Positions 40,427 to 49,037 of a DNA stretch of 64,000 bases are shown here, piece by piece. Under the pieces are notes generated by a model. It ran no database searches, was not told where the DNA came from, and saw only the letters and a list, made by a program, of their open reading frames with translations. Source of the DNA: Berkelbacteria bacterium GW2011_GWE1_39_12 (GTDB lineage: Bacteria; Patescibacteriota; UBA1384; UBA12157); assembly GCA_001029735.1 (NCBI GenBank), contig CP011213.1, positions 11,709 to 75,708 on the forward strand. The letters run 5' to 3'. How positions within the stretch are numbered: the first letter of the stretch is position 1; each line of letters starts with the position of its first letter. The translations under genes were made by a program, and so were the position numbers.

Positions 40427-40915
40427 ATGGAACCAGTGAAATTCCCAGATTGCATTCCAAAGGTTGGCGAGATTGTTCAAGTTGGCAACAGCCGGCGGAG
40501 CCTTGAAGCAAAAGTAAAGGCAAGATGGCCATCTGCTGATGGACGAACCTACTTCGTCCAATTGGACATCGACACACAGGTGATCCTGAGCATAACGCCC
40601 GATGCCGAAGAACGCGGTATGCTCGACAAGGCGAACAATCTTGTGCCATACTGGCGTGCCCATGAGGTATTCAGCGACACAAGGGTCGAACTGAGTCGAC
40701 CGGAGCACGAAGAAATATACAAGACTCCGAGAACGGTTCTGAGCACAAGAACTTCAAACTGTTTGATGAGGATGGCTGGTCTTTCGAATCTAGAGGAGAT
40801 CGCGAATTGCAGTGAGTCATATCTCCTACAGCTTCGAAATTTCGGTCCGAAGATGCTCGAAGAGGTCAAGGAAGTCTTAGCCAGCGCAGGTCTTTCATTG
40901 CGCAGCAACGACTAA
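40427..40915 (+). CDS. protein with C-terminal RNA polymerase alpha-CTD-like HhH domain
   Basis: LSTRTSNCL...LEEIANCSESYLLQLRNFGPKMLEEVKEVLASAGLSL matches the alphaCTD pattern; promoter TTGACT-17-TACTAT at 40367-95; terminator at 40921-50. Confidence 0.8.
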   Translation: MEPVKFPDCIPKVGEIVQVGNSRRSLEAKVKARWPSADGRTYFVQLDIDTQVILSITPDAEERGMLDKANNLVPYWRAHEVFSDTRVELSRPEHEEIYKTPRTVLSTRTSNCLMRMAGLSNLEEIANCSESYLLQLRNFGPKMLEEVKEVLASAGLSLRSND

Positions 40916-40962
40916 CCAATAACCCCGATACACATAGTTCGGGGTTTTTTAGTACTCACCCC

Positions 40963-40990
40963 TTGACAAATCTGAAAATTATGGTATACT
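40963..40990 (+). promoter_or_regulatory. sigma70 promoter of candidate ncRNA B
   Basis: TTGACA, 16 nt spacer, TATACT with extended -10 TG. Confidence 0.65.
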
Positions 40991-40995
40991 TGGGA

Positions 40996-41211
40996 GGCCT
41001 TAAAAATTGAATATCTCTCCAGGTTGTAACTGGTTGGAAGTTGATTGAAACCGAACTCTTAAATTTTGGTCAACTTCTTTCCTATTACACTTAGCCCCGG
41101 CTTTGCACTTTAAAATTAAATTGAAGCCGGTCAAAACCTTCGGGTTGGCTCAAGCTCGTAAAGGAGAGGAAAAAAAAGTTGGACCTGCTCGCAAGAGTGG
41201 GTCCTTCTTTT
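40996..41211 (+). ncRNA. candidate multi-junction structured ncRNA B
   Basis: Closing stem 41014-20/41163-69, long stem 41036-50/41064-78, three-way junction with UUCG hairpin, GCAA-loop terminator 41181-41211. Confidence 0.6.
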
Positions 41212-41934
41212 TTATCGCTTAAAATCTTGATAGAGCTCGCTAAAAATATCGTCGGCTAAAGAAACATAGAATTCATCGAGATCTTTTTTACTAGGCTTAT
41301 TTTTATTGAACGTTACGAAATCGGCATCTTCAATGATAGCCAATGGAGTCTGTTCCGATCCTTCACCCATCGCTAAGACAGCTGTAACGGCTAAGCCGTC
41401 AACTATATTTACTCTTTCAAACTGTAACTTCCGACCAAAAATATCTTCTTTCCCAATATAACTTTTGAGCGGTGAAAACCCGTAAAAGCCGATAGCGACA
41501 CCGAGAACACCACATCTGAGCGGCAATGATCTGCTATCGGTAATAATGACTCCGAAATCTGTTTTATTGTATTTTTTTGATAAGTACTCATAAATTTTCT
41601 TCGCTGTGTTTTGCGGATTTTTCGGCAATAAGATATAATCACCGTTCCCATTGGATTCGTCAATTCCAGCCCCGGAAATAAATGCGTTATGTTTTATGGT
41701 AAGGAGACGATTGTTACAATTTCTTTTGGCGGAGATATGGTCCGCTTCATCTTTTATTAAGAATTCTTTGTCGAGTTCTTTTGAAGCGATACGGTTTTCC
41801 ATTAAGGAAATTATTTTTGAGGTGATAACGATGATGGAATTATCTTTAATTGTTTTTATATATTCATTAAGAAATTGATCAGTTGATAGTTGATTTGCAA
41901 GAATCTTTTTAGTTTTTATAACTTTAATTTTCAT
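41212..41934 (-). CDS. CofE-like gamma-glutamyl ligase (F420-0:L-glutamate ligase family)
   Basis: IVITSKIIS..E, AGIDESN, GVIITDS, MGEGSEQTP. Confidence 0.88.
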   Translation of the reverse strand: MKIKVIKTKKILANQLSTDQFLNEYIKTIKDNSIIVITSKIISLMENRIASKELDKEFLIKDEADHISAKRNCNNRLLTIKHNAFISGAGIDESNGNGDYILLPKNPQNTAKKIYEYLSKKYNKTDFGVIITDSRSLPLRCGVLGVAIGFYGFSPLKSYIGKEDIFGRKLQFERVNIVDGLAVTAVLAMGEGSEQTPLAIIEDADFVTFNKNKPSKKDLDEFYVSLADDIFSELYQDFKR

Positions 41935-41946
41935 GCTTTGGATCTC

Positions 41947-42492
41947 TTATCTTAAAATTTTGTTTTCTTTTACATCATAAATGGTTGATGGAGAATGCAA
42001 AGAAATTATATCAGACTTAACTACAAGATCAACCTGTTCAAGAAGTTTTGGATTAATGTCGGAGTATCTTGCCGGCGTACTCTCCCCTGCTAGGTTGGCA
42101 GACGTTGCGACAATTGGACCGGAGATTTCTAATAGACTTTGCAGCCATTTATCATCTGGCACACGAACGCCGATTTTTTCGTCCTTCAAGACGATTTCCG
42201 GAAAAGCGATGTCGTATTTATTAGCATCCGCAATAATTGTCACTTGGCCCTCTGGATATTTTTCGTACTCGGGTTTTAATAGTTCTGGAATATCTTTTTT
42301 ACTCATTAAGACCGCTGTCGGCTGAGAAAACGGACGGTTTTTGATTTCATAAAGTCGCTCAATCGCCTTTTGATTTAATCCACAGCCAATTCCATAAACA
42401 GTATCTGTCGGGAATACAAAAATGCCGCCCGATTTTAGAACTTCGGCGGCATCTTTGAGTGAACTTATATTTTCTTGTTCAACTATCTTCAT
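41947..42492 (-). CDS. tsaC: L-threonylcarbamoyladenylate synthase (TsaC/Sua5/YrdC)
   Basis: PTDTVYG, IKNRP, GVRVP, ATSANLAG, PSTI. Confidence 0.92.
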   Translation of the reverse strand: MKIVEQENISSLKDAAEVLKSGGIFVFPTDTVYGIGCGLNQKAIERLYEIKNRPFSQPTAVLMSKKDIPELLKPEYEKYPEGQVTIIADANKYDIAFPEIVLKDEKIGVRVPDDKWLQSLLEISGPIVATSANLAGESTPARYSDINPKLLEQVDLVVKSDIISLHSPSTIYDVKENKILR

Positions 42493-42501
42493 ATTAAAAG
42501 A

Positions 42502-42927
42502 CTATTTAGCTAATTCTATTCCCATGCTGCGAGCAGTACCTAAAATAATTTTTTTGGCAGCTTCCATATCGCGAGCATTCAAATCGTCCATCTTGATTTT
42601 GGCGATTTCTTCGACTTGAGCATCGGTAACTTTGCCGACTTTTTCACGATTTGGGACGCCTGAACCTTTTTCGATTCCAGCGGCTTTGCGTAATAAAACG
42701 GCGGCAGGTGGAGATTTCAAAATGAAATCAAAGGTGCGATCTTCGTAAACAGTAATTTCTACTGGAACGACAGTATCACCCATTTGAGCGGTCGCGGCGT
42801 TGAACTTTGTAACAAAATCCATGATGTTCAAACCGTGCTGACCCAAGGCTGGACCGATCGGAGGCGCCGGATTAGCCTTGCCAGCTGGTGCTTGTAACTT
42901 GATAATTGTTTTAATTTTTTTTGCCAT
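42502..42927 (-). CDS. rplK: 50S ribosomal protein L11
   Basis: [25 protein letters not shown]. Confidence 0.99.
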   Translation of the reverse strand: MAKKIKTIIKLQAPAGKANPAPPIGPALGQHGLNIMDFVTKFNAATAQMGDTVVPVEITVYEDRTFDFILKSPPAAVLLRKAAGIEKGSGVPNREKVGKVTDAQVEEIAKIKMDDLNARDMEAAKKIILGTARSMGIELAK

Positions 42928-43011
42928 AATAATCCTAACTAATTACTAATCATACGAATGTACGAATCTTTATTGGTACATTTGTACCAAATTCGTAATT
43001 CGTTAGATAAT

Positions 43012-43734
43012 TTATACTTTTTTTACCTGCAGGAAGTCCAAGCTGACCGGAGTTTCGCGGCCAAACATGGAAACCAGGATTTTAACTTTACCTTTATCTT
43101 CGTCAATATCAGTGACTTTGGCTTCAAAGCCTTTTAACGGACCGTCAACGATTCTAACTAAGTCACCAGGACGGAATTCAATCTTATACTTTGGTTCTTC
43201 TACACCCATACGTTTCTTGATGCGATCAATTTCTTCCGGCATCATTGGGGTAGGTCTGACACCTAAACCGATAAAACCAGTAACGTTTGGTGTATTACGA
43301 ACGACATACCAAGAATCATCAGTAACAATCATCTCAACCATGACATAGCCAGGGAAGATTCTTTTTTCGACAGTGCGTCGTTTGCCGTTCTTAATTTCAA
43401 TTTGCTTTTCTTTTGGCACTAAAACTTGGAAAATCTTGTCTTCCATACCCAAGCTTTCGATTCTTTGTTTTAATTGATCGGAAACTTGTTCCTCATAACC
43501 GGAATAAGTATGAATTACGTACCAGCCGCGCTCGCCAGTCTGCTTTTGAGTTTTGATTTCTTCTTCGTCAGCTTCGGCTTGCTTTTCGGCTTTATCTTTT
43601 GCTTCTGGTTTATTCTCTTTTACTTCATCGACATTTTCCAATTCGCCGCCAGTTGCCTCTTCTAATTCAGCCACTTCGTCAGGGGTTTCTTTTTCAGTTT
43701 CTTTTGTTTGATCTACTTGCTCGTCTTTAGACAT
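43012..43734 (-). CDS. nusG: transcription factor NusG with acidic N-terminal extension
   Basis: WYVIHTYSGYE, FPGYV, VRNTPNVTGF, KOW domain, MFGRETPV. Confidence 0.97.
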   Translation of the reverse strand: MSKDEQVDQTKETEKETPDEVAELEEATGGELENVDEVKENKPEAKDKAEKQAEADEEEIKTQKQTGERGWYVIHTYSGYEEQVSDQLKQRIESLGMEDKIFQVLVPKEKQIEIKNGKRRTVEKRIFPGYVMVEMIVTDDSWYVVRNTPNVTGFIGLGVRPTPMMPEEIDRIKKRMGVEEPKYKIEFRPGDLVRIVDGPLKGFEAKVTDIDEDKGKVKILVSMFGRETPVSLDFLQVKKV

Positions 43735-43741
43735 TTTTTTC

Positions 43742-43933
43742 TCACTTTCCTTGTATTAACATTTGGACTAAGGTAAACAACCCAAAATCAACGGCTGCGA
43801 TGATTGCCATAGCAATCGCGGTTGATATCACAACAATGATTGTATGCGATGTTACTTCTTTGCGACTTGGCCAAACAACTTTTTTAAACTCTCCGTATGA
43901 TCCGATGAAGAATTTTTTAATTGCGTTGATCAT
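43742..43933 (-). CDS. secE: preprotein translocase SecE
   Basis: EFKKVVWPSRKE plus one TM; upstream of nusG. Confidence 0.95.
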   Translation of the reverse strand: MINAIKKFFIGSYGEFKKVVWPSRKEVTSHTIIVVISTAIAMAIIAAVDFGLFTLVQMLIQGK

Positions 43934-43970
43934 GGACTTTCCAATCTTTTGTTAATTAGGCGATAAGTTT

Positions 43971-44249
43971 TTAATTGATTCCTGTAATTTTAATTTCGGT
44001 ATAATTTTGGCGATGACCGTTAGTGCGGCTGTATCGCTTCTTTGGGTGTTGTTTAAAAACAACGATTTTATCTCGTTTTCCCTCGCTGATAATTTCAGCG
44101 GCAACCTTTTTACCGTTCAGCAAATCATCAAGCTCTAAGTTCTTTCCGTCAGCTGACGGATCGCTTTCGATTTTTTCTACTTTAATTTTGTCACCTACGA
44201 CAACTTTGTACTGTTTGCCGCCGGTTTTAATAACTGCGATGTCGCTCAT
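43971..44249 (-). CDS. rplU: 50S ribosomal protein L21
   Basis: AVIKTGGKQYKV..GD, GHRQNYT; ATG 44249 preferred. Confidence 0.95.
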   Translation of the reverse strand: MSDIAVIKTGGKQYKVVVGDKIKVEKIESDPSADGKNLELDDLLNGKKVAAEIISEGKRDKIVVFKQHPKKRYSRTNGHRQNYTEIKITGIN

Positions 44250-44399
44250 AGGGTAGTCCTTTATATCTATACTTATCTTACCCTCCATCGCTTTTACTGT
44301 AAAACCGACTACGTCGTGTACTTACAGTGCAAGCTCTTGGCGGGTGAAATTGTTTTTTCAACAATTTCAAAAAATCCCCGAGGGGACTGTTGCATACTC

Positions 44400-44428
44400 A
44401 TTATATGATTAACAAGTCCCATTGTCAA
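44400..44428 (-). promoter_or_regulatory. perfect sigma70 consensus promoter for rplU-secE-nusG-rplK
   Basis: TTGACA, 17 nt spacer, TATAAT. Confidence 0.75.
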
Positions 44429-44439
44429 GCCCTTTATTG

Positions 44440-45531
44440 TTAAAAAGTTATCTTTCGATGACGGAGGTAAATACTCTGCAATATGCCGATGGCGGCCATG
44501 TTTGTAATCATCGACGAACCTCCCGACGAAACAAAAGGCAGCGGAATACCCGTCACTGGCATAATACCAAGATTCATACCGATATTTACTAGAATTTGAA
44601 AAAGAAAAATTCCGGCAATTCCCCCGGACAAATACATGCCAAAATTATCTTTCGCTATAACTGCTACGTTAATTGTCCTCATAACCAAAAGGATAAGCAA
44701 GATAATTAAAAAAGTCGAACCAATAAAACCAGTTGCTTCTGCCGTGCCAGCGAAAATAAAATCAGTATGCGAAACAGGTAAAAAGTTTAATTGGCTTTGA
44801 GATCCTTTACCTAGGCCAGTACCCCAAAGACCACCAGAGCCAACAGCAATTTTTGCTTGAGAAACATTATAACCTGTTCCATGTGGATCGGCCGAAGGAT
44901 TTATAAAACTTGTGATTCTAAGCTGTTGGTACGGTTTTAAATAATGCCAACCAAGCGGTGAAATTACCACTGCGATAGCTAAGGCAACAATCAAATATAT
45001 TTTTTTTATTGGAGAAAGAAAAAGAACAGTAAGCAGTCCAATAAATATTACGGAGGCTGTTCCTAAATCTGGCTGGCGTAAAATTAATAAGGTAGGCACT
45101 CCAACCAAAGCCAGAATAAAAATTATTTTCCTCAAATCTAGTTCTTGCCAATCAGAAAAAAACTTAGCGAGAACAATTAAGATAATAATCTTAAAAAGTT
45201 CGGAGGGTTGAAGTTGAAAAAATTTCAAATCTATCCAACGCGTGGCACCAAAACTTTTTGAACCGATCAATAAAACTGCGATCAGTAAAATTACACCAAT
45301 TATATAAAGAACCAGCGAAAGACCTTTAAGTGTGCGGTAATCTAAATACGTTAAAAAGACCGTGGCTGCGATCCCGATTAAAAAAAACTCAATTTGATTA
45401 AGAGCAAGTGTAGAGTTAGTGCCATAACTAATTGAAAAAATGACAGCCGTGCCCAAACCGGTCAATAATAATGGTAATAAAAACAAAGACCAATCTAAAC
45501 CCAGTGTAAATTTGAGACGCGATAGTTTCAC
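44440..45531 (-). CDS. rodA: rod shape-determining protein RodA (SEDS)
   Basis: GATRWI, QPSE, QPDLGT, HTDFIF, PVTGIPLPFVSSGGSS. Confidence 0.93.
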   Translation of the reverse strand: MKLSRLKFTLGLDWSLFLLPLLLTGLGTAVIFSISYGTNSTLALNQIEFFLIGIAATVFLTYLDYRTLKGLSLVLYIIGVILLIAVLLIGSKSFGATRWIDLKFFQLQPSELFKIIILIVLAKFFSDWQELDLRKIIFILALVGVPTLLILRQPDLGTASVIFIGLLTVLFLSPIKKIYLIVALAIAVVISPLGWHYLKPYQQLRITSFINPSADPHGTGYNVSQAKIAVGSGGLWGTGLGKGSQSQLNFLPVSHTDFIFAGTAEATGFIGSTFLIILLILLVMRTINVAVIAKDNFGMYLSGGIAGIFLFQILVNIGMNLGIMPVTGIPLPFVSSGGSSMITNMAAIGILQSIYLRHRKITF

Positions 45532-48500
45532 TTTTTAACCCCGATCCAAAGATCATCATTATTCAACTTAATATCAATGCTTTGGTCGACTTCTCGACGT
45601 TCAAATTTAATATCAGTTAATTTGGTTTCGTTTTTAATTTCATCCTTAAATTTTTTAATTAAATCAATAATTCCCAAATTACCATCAGCAAATAATTCGA
45701 CTAAATCATCAGGACTATAGCCAGATTTTTTTCTTAAATCTTGAATTGCACGAACAATATCATTTTTCATACCTTCGTCCTGCAATTCTGGTGTGATTTC
45801 TTGATCGATTTCTATTTCTTTGTATCCTGTAAATACTACTTCTTTTACATTTACTTCATCCTCAATTATTTTTTCAAATTCTTCGTCTAATTTTTTACCG
45901 CCGTATTTTAGATATCCAAGCGGCTGTCTAACTTTATATTTCGGTCCAAGCGCCGCACGAGCAGCTAAACCTTGTTCGATAATTACGCGAGTCTCTGACA
46001 TTTTTTCATTTATGCCTTTATTAATTATATCTTCATTAGCCACTGGAAAATTTTCTAAATGAACCGATTCCCTACTGGTCAAATTCTTAAAAATTTCTTC
46101 GGTAGTAAACGGCATAAAGGGTGCCAGTGTTTTTGACAGTTCAACTAAAACAGTATGCAAAGTTTGATATGCGTTGTTTTTATCCTCAGCATTCCCCTGT
46201 TTTTGAAAACGCTTACGTGATCGGCGGATATACCAATTTGAAAGGTTATCAACGAACGGAACAAATAAGCGCGCGGCTTTTGTTAATTCATATTTTTCCA
46301 TATTGGCATTGACATCTTTAATTAACTGGTTTAGTTCCGACAAAATCCACTTATCCAATATGTTTTCAGATTTTGCGGACAATTCAGAATTTTCTTTTGC
46401 TTTAAAATTATCGATATTGGCATAAAGAGTGAAAAACGAATAAGAATTCCAAAGCATTCTAAAGAAGCCTTTGCTAAATTGATCCAAATCTTTTTCTGAA
46501 AAATTTAAATTCTCCGCTTGTAAGATTTGCGATGAAAGTAAATACATGCGCAAAACATCAGCGCCGTATCTATCGAGTACTTCAACAGGATCCGGATAGT
46601 TTTTCAAACGCTTACTCATTTTTTTGCCGTCTTCAGCCAAAACGATTCCGCTTACAATAACGTTTTTATACGCAACACTTTTTTTAATAGACGTAGCGAT
46701 CAAATGTAAATAATAAAACCAAGCGCGTGTTTGGTCTTGGGCTTCGGCGATAAAATTTGCTGGAAAATAATTGGCAAATTTTTCTTTATTTTCAAACGGG
46801 TAATGGATTTGCGCGTAAGGCATTGAACCGCTATCAAACCAAGTGTCTAAAACATCTGGCACACGATGTGCTTCTTTACCGCATTTATCGCAATTAATTG
46901 TGAAATTATCAATTTTATCTTTATGTAAATCAACTATTTGAGCATTCTCATCAACATAGAATGTCTGAACTCCGTTATGATCAAAATCTTCACGATCGAA
47001 GTATTCATCCAGCTTACAATCGTTTAAAATTTTATTCATGGAAGCATTTGTACCGCCATGGCCAACAATTAGAATATTTTTACCGGCGTATTTTTTAGCA
47101 ATTTCTTTCAGAAAATTTTCAATTCGATCAACTACTTCTTGACGATTTTCTCCAGTAGTTCCAAATTTACAGTTAAATCTTTCTTCCAAGGTCTTTAAAG
47201 CTTTATAACTTTTATAGCTTTCGTCTTCTTTGAGTAATTCTTCTTTTGATGTATCATTCCATGAGCCAAATTGGTTTTCAGTAATGCGGTCGTCGAAAAT
47301 TAATTCAGTCTGTAATTTTTTATTGATAATCTCTGCCGTTTGTTTGGTTCTTAAAACTGGCGAACTAATAATCAGATCAATGTCTTTTAATTTATCAGCG
47401 CCATTTTCTGCTTGGACCTTCCCCTTTTCCGTTAATGGAAATTTATCTAACGAATGTGAACTAATTTTTAAAACATTTTTTTCACTTTCGCCGTGACGAA
47501 CAAAACTTATTTTGGTGATTTTTTGATTTGTCTCTTTTCTTAAATCATCCATTGAGCCAAAAACTTTAATTTCACCACATCCGCCATGCTCGGCGGAACA
47601 TCGCCACAAAGGAATAACCGAAGCCCAATAACGCTGGCGTGAAATTGACCAATCTCTAGCACCTTCCAACCATTTTCCAAATCTGCCTTCTTTAATGTGT
47701 TTTGGCGACCAATTAATTTCTTTGGCTAAATTCAATAAATCAGGCTTTACTTTGATAACGTTAACAAACCAGGATGACGTCGCGTAATTTAACAAAGGAG
47801 TTTCACAACGCCAACAATGCGGATAAGAATGTTCGTATTTTTCTTTAGAAAAGAGCAAATTTCTTGAAGCTAAATTCTTAATAATTTCTACATCTGTTTT
47901 CTGAACATCTTCTGGATGTTTAACATGCATACCAGCAAATTGTTTAACCTCAGGCTTAATAATACCGTCCATACCGATGTGCTGTACAAACGGCAAATTT
48001 TTCTTTTTTCCTAAATTTAAATCGTCTTCTCCAAATGCTGGTGCAATGTGAACAATACCAGTCCCCTCTTCGGTTGTAACAAAAGGAGCATCTACAATCT
48101 TCCAACCGTTGTTACTGTTTTCGATTTCCAAGTCTTTATAATCACGATACAACGGATCATATTTTTGACCGATTAGTTCTTCGCCAGGAAAATCTTCCAA
48201 TTTTTCAAATTCTCTATCTTTAAAAACATCGGCTAATCTGTTTTTAGCTAAAATATATTTTTCCGATTCACCAGTATCTTCGTTTTGTGATTGAACTTTA
48301 ACATACTCAATGTCTTTTCCGACCGCTAATGCTACATTGGCGATTAATGTCCATGGAGTAGTTGTCCAAGCAAGGACGAAGGTCCCCTGTTCATCGATTA
48401 GCTCAAATTTGGCGGTAGCAGATAAATCTTTGATTGTCTTATAACCTTCAGTTACTTCTGATTGAGATAGAGTTGTTTCGCAGCGCGGGCAGATATGCAT

Positions 48501-49037
48501 TGATCTATAGCCTTCATAAACCAAATCTTTATCGTACAGCTCTTTAAAAACCCACCAGACTGATTCCATGTATGAAAAATCCATAGTACGATAAGCGTTT
48601 TTCATATCAACCCAGCGGCCTAGTTTTGGAATAATTTTTTCCCATTCATCTACATAGCCCAAAACTTTATCACGGCAAATATTATTGAATTTATCAATGC
48701 CTAAATCTTCGATTTCTTTTTTATGAGTGATTCCAAGTTCTTGCTCAGCAATATTTTCAATCGGAAGGCCGTGACAATCCCATCCCCAAATACGATCGAC
48801 TTGAAAACCCTTCATTGTGAAAAATCTTGGCACCGCATCTTTGGCAACACTTTGAACTAGATGCCCATAATGAGGAGTTCCGGTCGCAAACGGCGGGCCA
48901 TCGTAAAAACTAAATATTGGTGAGCCTTTGCGATTTTCAATAGATTTTTTAAAAGTATCGTTTTCTTGCCAAAAGTTTAAAATCTCGTTTTCGATCTCTG
49001 GCAATTTAACTTGGGAGTCAATTTTTTTATAACTCAT
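45528..49037 (-). CDS. ileS: isoleucine--tRNA ligase (IleRS2 type) with inserted histidine phosphatase domain
   Basis: FYDGPPFATGTPHYGH, WTTTPWT, DWSISRQRYW, KMSKR; RHGE..SSP..RTKQTA..VGHGG insert. Confidence 0.95.
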   Translation of the reverse strand: MSYKKIDSQVKLPEIENEILNFWQENDTFKKSIENRKGSPIFSFYDGPPFATGTPHYGHLVQSVAKDAVPRFFTMKGFQVDRIWGWDCHGLPIENIAEQELGITHKKEIEDLGIDKFNNICRDKVLGYVDEWEKIIPKLGRWVDMKNAYRTMDFSYMESVWWVFKELYDKDLVYEGYRSMHICPRCETTLSQSEVTEGYKTIKDLSATAKFELIDEQGTFVLAWTTTPWTLIANVALAVGKDIEYVKVQSQNEDTGESEKYILAKNRLADVFKDREFEKLEDFPGEELIGQKYDPLYRDYKDLEIENSNNGWKIVDAPFVTTEEGTGIVHIAPAFGEDDLNLGKKKNLPFVQHIGMDGIIKPEVKQFAGMHVKHPEDVQKTDVEIIKNLASRNLLFSKEKYEHSYPHCWRCETPLLNYATSSWFVNVIKVKPDLLNLAKEINWSPKHIKEGRFGKWLEGARDWSISRQRYWASVIPLWRCSAEHGGCGEIKVFGSMDDLRKETNQKITKISFVRHGESEKNVLKISSHSLDKFPLTEKGKVQAENGADKLKDIDLIISSPVLRTKQTAEIINKKLQTELIFDDRITENQFGSWNDTSKEELLKEDESYKSYKALKTLEERFNCKFGTTGENRQEVVDRIENFLKEIAKKYAGKNILIVGHGGTNASMNKILNDCKLDEYFDREDFDHNGVQTFYVDENAQIVDLHKDKIDNFTINCDKCGKEAHRVPDVLDTWFDSGSMPYAQIHYPFENKEKFANYFPANFIAEAQDQTRAWFYYLHLIATSIKKSVAYKNVIVSGIVLAEDGKKMSKRLKNYPDPVEVLDRYGADVLRMYLLSSQILQAENLNFSEKDLDQFSKGFFRMLWNSYSFFTLYANIDNFKAKENSELSAKSENILDKWILSELNQLIKDVNANMEKYELTKAARLFVPFVDNLSNWYIRRSRKRFQKQGNAEDKNNAYQTLHTVLVELSKTLAPFMPFTTEEIFKNLTSRESVHLENFPVANEDIINKGINEKMSETRVIIEQGLAARAALGPKYKVRQPLGYLKYGGKKLDEEFEKIIEDEVNVKEVVFTGYKEIEIDQEITPELQDEGMKNDIVRAIQDLRKKSGYSPDDLVELFADGNLGIIDLIKKFKDEIKNETKLTDIKFERREVDQSIDIKLNNDDLWIGVKK

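Noticed and set aside
40304-40908. Minus-strand ORFs 40304-40708 and 40549-40908
   Set aside because: Antisense to the alphaCTD-containing gene, which has a promoter, SD and terminator.
40996-41211. Identification of RNA A or B as 6S, tmRNA, RNase P or SRP RNA
   Set aside because: No tRNA-like ends, no GAGGAAAGUCC, no SRP helix-8 motif, and no single rod with a central bubble seen by eye; an Rfam scan is still needed.
43934-43970. tRNA-Trp often found upstream of secE
   Set aside because: The gap is only 37 nt; no tRNA was recognised anywhere in the window.
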